DNA from: Octopus bimaculoides
Lineage: Eukaryota
NCBI RefSeq assembly: GCF_001194135.2
Contig: NC_068985.1
Span: 31,447,755-31,511,754, forward strand
Direction: 5' to 3'
DNA: 64,000 nucleotides
In this document: piece after piece, positions 52,801 through 64,000 of the stretch
Layout: the number at the start of each line of letters is the position of its first letter
Numbering within the stretch: position 1 is the first letter of the stretch
Notes under the pieces: model-generated
The model's database searches: none
Seen by the model: the letters and a program-made list of their open reading frames with translations, nothing else
What the model was told of the DNA's origin: nothing
Made by a program: the position numbers and the translations under genes

Positions 52801-55800
52801 CTAGCACCAGTGGTATTACGTGGCACTGGCATGGGTGCTTTATACGTGGATCTGACACAGGTGCTCTTTATGTGGCACCGACATGGGTGATTTTTATGTG
52901 ACCTCCAGTAGAAATAATATTAGTGGTATATTGAAAGCCACAGTATAAGTGTTTTCTTATTGTAAAACTTTATGTAAATTTTGCTAACACTGTTTTTAGT
53001 CTTTCAACATTTGTTCTTGTTTCACAAACAACAATTCCAACTTCTCAAATCTCTTGTCTGGATAATTTGAGAAATAATAAAAATATTTCATGTAGACATG
53101 ATGTAATAATAAAAATAGGAAATAAGTCCCCCTCAAGAACTCAACTAAATGTAAGTAAAATAGACAGGACAAGTCAATGAGAGAGATCTATGTTGTTGCT
53201 TGACTTGTTGGAAACAACAGTCAAATTTCCTCAACTTTCAAAAAAAGTAAGAGGGTTGCATTGAACAATACTCTAAGTATACAAAAGATGGAATGGTGAT
53301 ATGTGGAATGCCTTTGATCATAGGTCAACTCAGTGAAGGCTCACCTGATGTTAAATAGTATCAACAACGAGTGGTCTGACATAACTTGGGATAGAAAGTA
53401 GAAGATTTGAGTTGTTGCAAAGTCAGATATCCAATGAGCCTGCGTATCTCAATAAAAGCCAGTGAAAATGATATATACAATGGACAGCTGTTACAGAATT
53501 TACATCTATTATAGCCTGATTTTAGATTCACATTTGAAATTATATTTATTGGTGCATTTGGCTATGTTACTTAATGTTTACACACTAATCTTCAAATATC
53601 TCCATTTCTTTTCACTTTTCTTCACAATGTCAGTTCATAAATGTTTAACAACTGTATCAATCACACAAATTTTGGAGGGTCTGTGAATGTTATGGGTACT
53701 TCCTCTTCCTCCTGAATAATTTATTGAAGAAATAGTGTAGTTTTGTAAAGTGTACTGAAGTGTACTTCTCAGTTTATGCATTGAATTGTAACACTACTGA
53801 CTGCAACTTTATTGAATAACTAATGAATGAAGCATGGGCAGAGATTTAGGTGAAAATGTCAGAACACTGGAATGTAAGCCTTAAAGTATTTAATTAAGCT
53901 ATATTCTGTGTTCAAGTCATACTTGGTTGACTTTTCTTTTCATCCAAATAAATACCAATATTAAATTTCAGTCAATTTTGTCAACTAAATTCTTCCTCTC
54001 TAAAAGAATGTCTTAATTTCAGGTGGATCATACACATTTTTCTAATTCAATTTCAGTCATAGTTATTGAATCGATGCCTCTTACAAGAGTACTAGAAATC
54101 CTTTCTGCAACATGAACACAGCAAGGACAGAAATCATCTCTGCAAAAATTTATCAAGATATTTTAAATATATCTCTTTAATTGCAGTTTCAATTACTATG
54201 GAAATCATAGATATTTTTTCATTATCTAACAATTTAAACCAGAAATACCAAAGTGATTCAAATTATTAAAGGATAGCAACAAATATATCACCAGCCTCTA
54301 AGGAGACTAGCTTATTGATTTCCAATATTGGTTTGAAGCCACTAATTTTTAATATGAAAGGTACAGTTGATCAAATCAATTCCAATATTTCCCTTGTATT
54401 TATTTTATCACAATGATGAAAAGCAAAGTTGATTCTTGAAGAAGTTAAATGTTTCTTCTGCTTGCATTATTGAGTTCAAAATCTCTCACATGCAACAATT
54501 TACATGTATTGCACATGTACATATACACATGCATGTAAACATTTACATACGCATATACATGAACTGAAATAAAGCAATATCCTGTTCAGAACATGATCCG
54601 TTTGTCAATTAAGAAAATATATAAACTTTCTTCAAATCATTATGCATGAAATAAAAAAATATTGTATAATTAATGTACAAGAGCAATAATTTTCAAAAAT
54701 TAAAAGAGAATTTTAAAAATAAGCAAACAAATACAAATAATGTCTATTCACATAGTAATTGAAGTTAAAGCCATTTCAGTTCCAAAAAGATTGGATGGTT
54801 CAGTTATATTACATATTTTCTTTGCATTCAGTTTCAATAGAATTTTGTCTTATTTTCTAAAATAGAAGTTGAAGACTTGTTAATTTCATACAGCTGTTCA
54901 TATTTTGAAAAGTATTATAGGAGACTTGAACAGTAGTATATCAAGAGTTTTCTAAAGTTTATATGAAAATTAAAGTATGTATACTTTAGCACCTTTGGGA
55001 AGTTATTTTGAGAAATGTTGTTAGCAACTAAAAAAAATGTTGTTTTTTTTAATTTCAAATCTATTATTTTCTACATATATTCAATGGGCCTCATGGAAAA
55101 TATGCTATGGAAAAAAAAAAAGAAAAGACTTACATCAGTTAGAGCGAAACATGCAATAGATAAATATAATGTGATTTACACAAGTGAAAGAATGCACAGA
55201 AAATACAAATATTATTGTATAATTTTATAAGCAAAACTTACAAAAAGTTAATAATAAATCATAATAAATACCTTTCCCCACATAATAGGAAAAGCTCTTC
55301 ACAAATTAATCAATCTCAAATGCAAGTATATAAATGTAAAATAATTTGCAAAGAAAACCTATAACTGTTGAATTTATAACTAATGTTTTAGGCAGGAAAC
55401 CTTGTAAGTGATTAAAATTAATGATAGTTTCCAGTTGCAGTTGAAAAACATATTCATTTTTATATCAGTACATAATTGTAATTATGTGTGTGTGTGTGTG
55501 TGTGTGCGTGTGTGTGTGCGTGCGTGTGTGTGTGTGTGTGTGCGTGTGTGTGTGTGTGTGTACATGTATGTGTGTATGCGTGTATGTGTGTATATTGTAT
55601 ATGTATTTTATTTATTTATTTATTTATTTTATAATCATATATGCATATATCTTTTTACTTCCCCATGCTTTTCACAGAAAATTGGAAAATCAGAAAAAAT
55701 AATTTTAATATAACTTCTAAGTTTAATTGTTTGGTGTTTGGAATTAATAAAGATGGTGAAAAGATCTTGCTTTGGTTTATTTTCCACTGAAAATGGCAAC

Positions 55801-56342
55801 CTTTGTACTTTTTTTCAAATGAATTTTTATTTTAAATTCTTTGTATATATTTCATTATATTAGGTACATAAAAATCACATCAGGAGAGAAAATAGGATAT
55901 ACTACATATGAACAATATTAGAATAGCAATCATTAAAATCTGAAATATATGGTTAGAATGTAATATGTAATTCCTATGTATATGTACATACTCAAATGTG
56001 CGCATTCATACATATAAACACCAAGTTCTCCTCCTCCTCCTCCTCCACTGCCTCACCACCACCACCACCACCACCACTACCACCACCGCCTCCNNNNNNN
56101 NNNNNNNNNNNNNNNNNNNNNNNNNNNNNNNNNNNNNNNNNNNNNNNNNNNNNNNNNNNNNNNNNNNNNNNNNNNNNNNNNNNNNNNNNNNNNNNNNNNN
56201 NNNNNNNNNNNNNNNNNNNNNNNNNNNNNNNNNNNNNNNNNNNNNNNNNNNNNNNNNNNNNNNNNNNNNNNNNNNNNNNNNNNNNNNNNNNNNNNNNNNN
56301 NNNNNNNNNNNNNNNNNNNNNNNNNNNNNNNNNNNNNNNNNN

Positions 56343-56459
56343 TAGAAATCTTGTGTCACACATCTTTGACCTCTTCAGTGACATTTTCTGTCTTTGTGTA
56401 TGCTCTTCTGTTCTTCTATGTTGCTGAAGAGGTCACAGATGTGTGATGAAAGATTTCTA
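56343..56459. repeat. Hairpin with 42-nt arms and 33-nt loop
   Basis: 56343-56384 pairs with 56418-56459, with few mismatches and several G-U pairs. Confidence 0.85.
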
Positions 56460-57560
56460 GACAAGGGACATGAGTTAAAATAAGAACAGTAATAAATGGG
56501 TGAAGAATGAATATATAGTACGTGTGTTTATTTGGCAAAAAAAAAAATGACCATCCTGAAATACAACAATAATTGCTTCAACACACAGTTTCACATCAGG
56601 AATCTTGCAACACAAATTCATAAATGTGTGTGTATGTATATAAGAAACTGAATAATATTGAATTTGAGACATGAATTGCTTCAACATACAGTGTCTCATC
56701 AGCCAGAGATATACCATGTTGAAACATCAGTTCTAAGAATACCTTGCACTGATGTATCAGGTGTGTTGTAAAGAAATAGTTGTCATGAAGAAGGAGCTGT
56801 TCTCCTGTAATGAAAACAACAACTAGCATTTGTTGATATGTTTTGAATCTATTAGAACATAACAATATATTGTTTAGATTCTTGCTGCACCATGCAAATA
56901 ATGCTAGATGTGGCTGTGTGGTAAGATGTTTGCTTTCCAACCACATGGTTCTGGGTTCAGTACCAGTGCATGGTACCTTGGGCAAGTGTCTTCTACTATA
57001 GCTTCGGTTCAACCAAAGCCTTGTGAGTGGATTTAGTAGATGGAAACCAAAAGAAGCCAGTCATGCATATATATATAATTCCAAGAGAGTTAGAGGTTGT
57101 GAATCCAACCAACTAAGGGATAATATCTATCCAATATACTGCTGGTAGAATACCCAATTATCAATACACAAGTGTTTTTTCATTGCATGGCAATTACACT
57201 ACTGAATGTAATAAATTGGTGAGGGTAAAAAGTTGTTTCACCTTTAATTTATACGGCAATAAGAAATATGCATACATATATATAAATATACATAAATACA
57301 TATCTATACATTTATATATATGTATATGCATACAAAAGAATCAATTATTATTATTATTATTAGGTGTATTATATCATTCTTATTAGATAAAGTATAAACA
57401 GAGAAAAGAGAAAATTATCAAAAGAGAAATAATAGTGGAATTTAAATAATCATTCTATCTTAAGATTATTGTAGTTTTATTATATATATATGTATATTGT
57501 ATATTATTGTATATATGTATGTATTTATATTTTTAACTTAACATCATGAACTTTCTAAAC

Positions 57561-57682
57561 TCTCTGATGAAGCCCAGAGGCATACCCAAGTACCTTAATC
57601 TTATCTACCAAATACTTCAGTTCACTGAAGGGATGGAAGTAAAGTGGGGTACTATGACCTCTTGGCTGAAACAGCTGTAAGA
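57561..57682 (+). ncRNA. Candidate minimal type-I hammerhead ribozyme (Penelope/retrozyme type) with long helix II
   Basis: CUGAUGA 57564-57570; helix II AGCCCAGAGG/CCUCUUGGCU; GAAA 57668-57671; C-AGCU-G palindromic helix III; GUA cleavage triplet 57677-57679; helix I only UCU/AGA. Confidence 0.55.
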
Positions 57683-57857
57683 AACTATTCTACTTTCTAT
57701 GTTCTACATTATATATTTTTAATAATTACTGGTGTTTTTATATATGTAAAGTATAATATGTTATACATGTATGTATATTGTTATAATAAATAGACACAAT
57801 ATAATGCCTAAAGGTTGATGAATACCACTATTTGATCCCCTCCATTTTCTTATCACC

Positions 57858-57899
<42 letters not shown>

Positions 57900-60195
57900 G
57901 GAATTTATATATAGATAAAAAAAATAAGTACAGGGGTCAGTTCTTTCGACTAAAAATTCTTCAAGGAGGTGCCCCAGCATGGCTGCAGTCTCATGACTGA
58001 AACAAGTAAAAGATAAGGGAATACACACATGTACACATGCACACACACATGCACGTATACATGCCTACCCACACACACACATGCATGCACACACACACAT
58101 GCATGCACACACACACATGCATGCACACATACACATGCACACACACATGCCTACCCACACAAACACGCACGCACGCACACACACACACACACACACATGC
58201 ACGCGCACACACACACATCCATTTTGATTAAATTTTATTCTCTGTTCTTCTAATCACTTTCTGTTTGTTCAAGTTAGAGAAATGATCTGAAGTATTCCAT
58301 GCCTAACTTAGTTTGGTATTTCTTGGTTGTAGTTACTAACAAGACAGTAGGCCTAATTTTACTCTCCAACATCAAAGAACTTTCAAAGCTTTTATGGTAG
58401 AAAATTTCTCTCTTGCTTGCTCTTCTTGAAATTGCAGCCAAATCTGCCTCAGATCACTCTATACTATCTTTGTAGGGCACTCTATATAATATAGTCTTAA
58501 ATATACCATTTGAATAAAAGATGGGATGGTCATGGTTGGAATACTTTTCATTGAAATTTGCTCCATCATTGCTGTCTTGAGATTAAATTGCAATAACAAC
58601 AACAAAAAACTTAAGTCTGATGTCAGCTTCAACTACTTACATTAATTACAAAGAAACAGAATTAGACATTACTGTATCTTTGACTAATGAGTTTCAGTAA
58701 GAGTAAAACATATCCATAGTTGTTTCCCCTGCCTGCAAAAAATATGCTAAAATTTTTCTCTTGGCATGTAAATTTATTTTATGTAATCAATTCTCAATTT
58801 CAAGAGTTATCTCTTCCCTTTCTTGAATGTCATTAATAATTATTACTAGGTATTTGTTTCTTTCCTCCATCTAAAAAATTTTAATTAATTGAATATTTTT
58901 TGCATACAGCGTTCAGTATATCATTCTTTAGCTTGTTTTGCTAAATTCATGCCACTGGCTTACTTGAGTTAATTCCTTTATGCTAGTTATTTTAAAAATT
59001 TCTTATTATGGAAAGCAATAGTATTAGATAAACTGTGCCAGTAATTAATTTAAAATGACTGTAAGTTAATTAGTATTTCATGAGATATACATGGAATTTA
59101 TCAATACATCAGTTCAGATAGAAGTTTCAGGCAATCATTTGTCTTAAGTCAAATTCTCAATTTCAAGTACAAATACACTATAATTAAGTTTTAAGATCTT
59201 CCTATCTCACATCTTATTTAACATGAATTCTTCACATATGTTTACTGTATCTATCTTCTTTTTATCTTTAATTAACTTATGATTTTGTATACAAGTTGTT
59301 GCACTTTAGAGAAAGTGCATAAGTTCACTTTAAATTATCATTAGATTAGACACAATCATTTATTTTTGATCTTTTTGCACAGTAAGGGCTAGGTTAAGGC
59401 TTGAGGAAACCAATTCTTTTGTTCTTTTATTCTTTTACTTGCTTCAGTTATTAGACTGTGGCCATGCTGGGGCACAACCTTGAAGAATTTTAGTCAAATG
59501 AATCAAACCCAGTACTTTTTCCCATTTCTTAAGCCTGGTACTTCTTCTATCAGTCTCTCTTGCTGAACTGCTAAGTTACAGGAACGTAAATATCAACACT
59601 AGTTGTCAAGTGGTGGTGGGGGACAAACACACACACACACACACACACAGATACAAAGACCCCCCCCACATATATGTATATGTATATAATATTATTAATA
59701 ATAAACGGTGAGTAGTTGCTACAGCAGAAACATGTAAGTTATTATAATATACTGTATATAACAATAAAATAAATTTTGTGGATGTACAAGTCTCCATACT
59801 TTTTATTATTAATAATAATATATGCTCCAGACAATTTTTACTGTCCAGAGCAGCATACATGGAATTACCTATCAGAAGAATTCACAGAGTGACTAGCAAC
59901 AAATTGTTGTCACATATGTTAAATACTGATCGTAGTCGTTAGCCATTAACTGAAGCTTAACTTTGAGCTAATATGGTATCTGTCCAGATAATATATCCCT
60001 CCAAACTCACTTATATATATATATATATATATAATAGTTTGTTTGTTTTAGAGAATTCTTTTTATTCTTTATTTATTATTTATTAGAGTCAGAATAAAGA
60101 TTTTCTAATCCGGACAAAATATAAAAATCATATTTTATCATGACTTGTCTATAAATATAACCTTCACCAAAACAAGCCAACAAAAGAGCCTCTAA

Positions 60196-60525
60196 GTCAG
60201 GGGTTCTCAAACATTTTTTATCTATGGACCCCTTTGATTACTATTTTATTCTGATGGGCTCCCATAGTCATTCAATGTTTAAAGATTTATCTTACAGAAA
60301 CTTCTTTCAAATCTCCTGTTTTGTTTTTCACACATTAACTTGTGTAGGTAGTACAATATAAAATGTTAGAGAAAGAAACCTAGCTGTTTCTTACAATACG
60401 TACATCTAAAGCAAAATTTTTTCAGGGGCCCTTAAAATACTATTGTGGATCCCCAATTTACTATTTTGTTATGTGGACCCCCAAAAATCTTATATGAACC
60501 CTCAGGGGTCATATGGACTCCAGTT
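60196..60525 (+). mobile_element. hAT (Charlie-like) MITE, truncated
   Basis: Starts CAGGGGTTCTCAAAC; repeated atggacccc motifs. Confidence 0.6.
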
Positions 60526-61528
60526 GCTTTACTTGCTAAAATTAACAGCCAAATTTCCTGTAAATCATACCACACTATCTTAAAAAAAGAAGTGTCTATT
60601 ATATAATGTAGTCCTCAATGCTTATAAAAAGACAGGATGGCTATGGCTGGAATGTCTTTGATTATAGCTTTACCCTGGGTTGAAATGGGCTTAAATAACA
60701 ACAACATTCCACATAATAAGTATTAACCAAATAATAATAATGGCTAACCATATCCACAACCTGTATCCATTTAAAGTAATCCCAAACTTTCAGGAAATAG
60801 TAAAGAAGCTATTACAAATTAGTTGTTTGCTATTTTGGTCATAAATGCTTGTTATAAGGTATCAAAATAAATGTGGATGACAAAAATAGCAAAGAACTGA
60901 TTTGTAAAGGTTTGTAATCTTAAACATTTCCTGATAGTTTGGGATTACTTTTAAATAGAAATATCAAATTCTGTTTGAAAAACGTTTAAAATCTAACATT
61001 ATCATGTGTGTCAATGTTTGAGATACAATGCATACTACATGAACTCTTTACAAAAATACATGCTTCAGTTAATCATGTAATGTAAATAAAGTAATTAAAG
61101 GACAAATTTATAGTTCAGAGAAAAAATATACTGTAGGAAGTTATTTTAATATATCATCGGATGTGTTGAGTTTTAAAGGAAATAAGAAAGATATTTTTAA
61201 GCAGCATCCTGAAAGGATCATTGTATGCAGGTAATATATCAGTAATAGTTTAATGACACATGGCAGTGCTTCCATAACTGCTGAAGTGATGGTGGTAGTG
61301 GTGATGGTGACTGTGGTGACGAAGTCATCTTTTACTGTTGTTACAGAAGGTAATTAGTTTGATCACGAAATATAATCTAATAAAATAGAAATAAGCGTCA
61401 CACACACATGCATGCATGCACGCGTGCACACACACACACACACACATTCACACACACACACACACACACATACACACAGATGTCTCATTTCTCTCTGTCT
61501 GTGTCTGTGTCTGTCTCTCTCTTTCTCA

Positions 61529-61566
<38 letters not shown>

Positions 61567-61744
61567 AAATATATATATATGTTTATATATGCATGTATAT
61601 ATGTATGTGTGTGATATATATATATTATATGTTTTGAATTTATAATATCACATTATATATATGGGGGTGGAGGTATATAGAAAAGTAGTTGTTAAGTGAA
61701 AACTTATAATTTCTTTTTTGCATAACACTTTGAGATTTATTAAT

Positions 61745-61800
61745 ACAGGGTGGGCCAAAAGTCACACACAGAATAAGTTCAATACACTTTGGAATTATTA
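61745..61800 (+). mobile_element. Tc1/mariner TIR remnant
   Basis: TA|CAGGGTGGGCCAAAAGT terminus. Confidence 0.45.
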
Positions 61801-62077
61801 AAAAAACATGCTTCTGTTCTTCTAAAAATGAATAAAATAAATAAAATAATGATGAAAACACACATACTTGTACATGAACAAAATGAGCAACAACAACAAT
61901 AATAATCCTTTCTACTAAAAACACAAGGCCTGAAATTTTGGGGGACAGGGCTAGTCGATTAGATCGACCCCAGTAAGTAACTGGGGATGAAAGGCAAAAT
62001 CGACCTCGGTGGAACATGAACTCAGAATGTAGCAACAGTGCCAGCTCACTGCTTTAATAATGATGATGATGATGATA

Positions 62078-62144
<67 letters not shown>

Positions 62145-62149
62145 ATCAA

Positions 62150-62605
62150 TAAAACCATAACTGAAGACAGCCACAGAAAGAAGTAAGGCCTCAGTATGGC
62201 CTGGCTCGACTACCGAAAGGCTTTTGATAGTGTTTCCTACATGTGGATCCTCAAAACACTAGCCCTAAACAAGGTGGCACCAATAATTATAAAATACATA
62301 AGACACTCTATGAATAAATGGCAGACAGTGCTACAGCTCCAAACAAAAGAGGGACTTGTGAAAACCAAAGCCATCCCCATTAGAAGAGGAATATTCCAGG
62401 GAAACACTCTCTCCACTCCTGTTCTACTTGGCACTGACACCTTTATCTGACATGCTAAATAGAACTGGATGGGGATACAAATGTTACTTCAAAACAATCA
62501 ACCACCTTTTATATATGGATGACCTAAAACTATATGCTACAAATGATAAACAGCTGGAAACACTACTACAGACAGTACATGGATTTACCAAAGAAATAGA
62601 TGGGA
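62150..62605 (+). mobile_element. R4/Dong-like non-LTR retrotransposon RT fragment
   Basis: AWLDYRKAFDSV...RRGIFQGNTLS (62196-62450) frameshifted into ALTPLS...INHLLYMDDLKLYA (62428-62628); follows a (GAT)n(TAT)n tract. Confidence 0.8.
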
Positions 62606-62809
62606 TGACTTCCCTTTGCAAATACTGATAGAGCACAGAAAGTGTGTCAATAGCCAGCTGGAAGAGATGTCTTCCTGGGGCTACAAGCTACAGTAGCATC
62701 CACCCTTAAGGGTTAGCCACATTTAAGTGGCAAATATACTTCATGATATATATATATATATATATATAAATATATATGTATGTATGTATGTATATATACA
62801 TATATATAG

Positions 62810-63972
62810 GACAGTTGTGTAAAGAAGTACCGATCTCTAACTGTGGAAGGAACTTGTGGTAGAGGTACCATTTGTGTGACACCAGTATCTGCTATGACTG
62901 CAATTTTGCTTGGCTTGATGAGCTTTCTTCTCAAGCACAACATAATGCCAAAGGTCTTGGTCATTGCTTCCATGAGGTCCAACACTCGAAGGGAGCTTCG
63001 AGTGTGGCAAGGAAGTTGGGAATGAATGTCCCTTCTTAATCACTTCAATGGTAAAAGCAAGGTGTAGTTGCTAGACAACAAGCCAAAAGGCGAGAAAAAG
63101 TCAGGAAGACATGGGATGAGGTGGTGAGGCATGACCTTCAAACTTTGAACCTCACAGAGGCAATGACTAGTGACCTTTGGCGGTGTACACAGCTTAAGAG
63201 GACCTTACAAGTTAAGTGTACCTGTGCTGGTGGCACGTAAAAAAATCAGCCTTTGAATGTTGGGCCTCATGGAGGCAAAGTGGCTGAGTACCTTTTGAGC
63301 ATTGAGCCTCATCGAGGCATAGTGGCTGAGTTCCTTTCAAGTGTTTGGCCTCACAGAGGCGGGGTAGCTAAGTTCCTTTCGAGTGGGCCTCACGGAGGTG
63401 AGGTGGCTGAGTTCCTTTTGAGTGTAGGGTCTCACAGAGCAAAGTAGCTGAGCTCCTGGACCTCATGGAGGCAAAGTGGCTAAGTTCTCTTCAAGTGTTG
63501 GGCCTCACAGAGGCGAGATGGCTGAGTTCCTTTTGAACGGGCCTCATGGAGGTGAGGTGGCTGAGTTCCTTTTGAACAGGCCTCACGGAAGTGAGGTGGT
63601 TGAGATCCTTTCGAGTGTTGGGCCTCATCAAGGCAAAGTGGCCAAGCTCCCTTCGAGTGTTGGACCTCATGGAAGCAATGACCAAGACCTTTGGCATTAT
63701 GTCGTGCTTGAGAAGAAGGCCCATCAAGCCAAGCAAAATTGCAGTCATAGCAGATACTGATGTCACACAAATGGTACCCGTGCTGCTGGCCTGTAAAAGC
63801 ACCCAATACACTCTTGGAGTGGTTGACATTAGGAAGGGCGTCCAGCTGTAGAAAATCATGCCAAATCAGACTGGATCCTGGCACAGCCTTCCAGTGTGCC
63901 AGCCCAGTCAAACCATCTAATCTATGCCAGCATGGACAATGGATGTTAAATGATGATGATGATGGATGATGA
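62810..63972 (+). mobile_element. Rearranged RTE LINE 3' end with internal inversion and minisatellite
   Basis: CVKKYRSLTVEGTCGRG, KTWDEVVRHDLQTL and DQDLWHYVVLEKK fragments; units of about 36-42 bp (gggcctca.ggagg..aagtggctgagttcc) at 63260-63670; (ATG)n tail. Confidence 0.75.
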
Positions 63973-64000
63973 TGTATTTACATGTATATATATATATATA

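Noticed and set aside
45100-56000. Scattered pseudo-exons (for example about 46062, 49363, 54021)
   Set aside because: Early stops or no matching donor; no gene could be assembled in this interval.
5199-56427. Long track ORFs made mostly of X (for example 5199, 13008, 33590, 35492, 38879, 43969, 55992)
   Set aside because: Artefacts of N-runs.
19751-61645. His/Thr/Tyr/Ile/Cys/Val-rich ORFs (for example 19751, 26013, 52129, 55408, 58029, 61408)
   Set aside because: Translations of (CA)n, (TA)n and (TG)n microsatellites.
63253-63680. Regularly repeated units of about 40 bp that might resemble a CRISPR array
   Set aside because: Tandem degenerate units with no unique spacers, derived from RTE coding sequence in eukaryotic DNA.

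Overview
This is eukaryotic, AT-rich, microsatellite- and SINE-rich DNA with eight assembly gaps. The SINE families and (ATG)n-tailed RTE elements look like Octopus; that is an inference. The main gene is a + strand, 7-exon ankyrin-repeat IkB-family gene (2819-28743, about 594 aa), assembled by hand from GT-AG sites with consistent phases. It is BCL3-like: an LPLKKR motif, DEDGDLPLHIAV and KSGRTPLFFAVEN, six clear ankyrin repeats, no DSGxxS degron and a probable acidic tail. Upstream lie a cluster of IRF/PRDI-type elements and a divergent TATA/CCAAT/E-box promoter whose leader contains one 28-codon uORF. A - strand first exon (MAAVNP) at about 33.8 kb has no second exon that I could find. The rest is transposon debris: tRNA SINEs, RTE, CR1, L1/Tx1, R4/Dong, Penelope, a Gypsy-like LTR, Tc1/mariner, hAT, piggyBac/Tigger MITEs and a Helitron. 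It also holds several strong hairpins and one hammerhead-ribozyme-like motif with an intact core. I found no clear multi-gene novel system. The best leads are regulatory or RNA-level, and all need testing.
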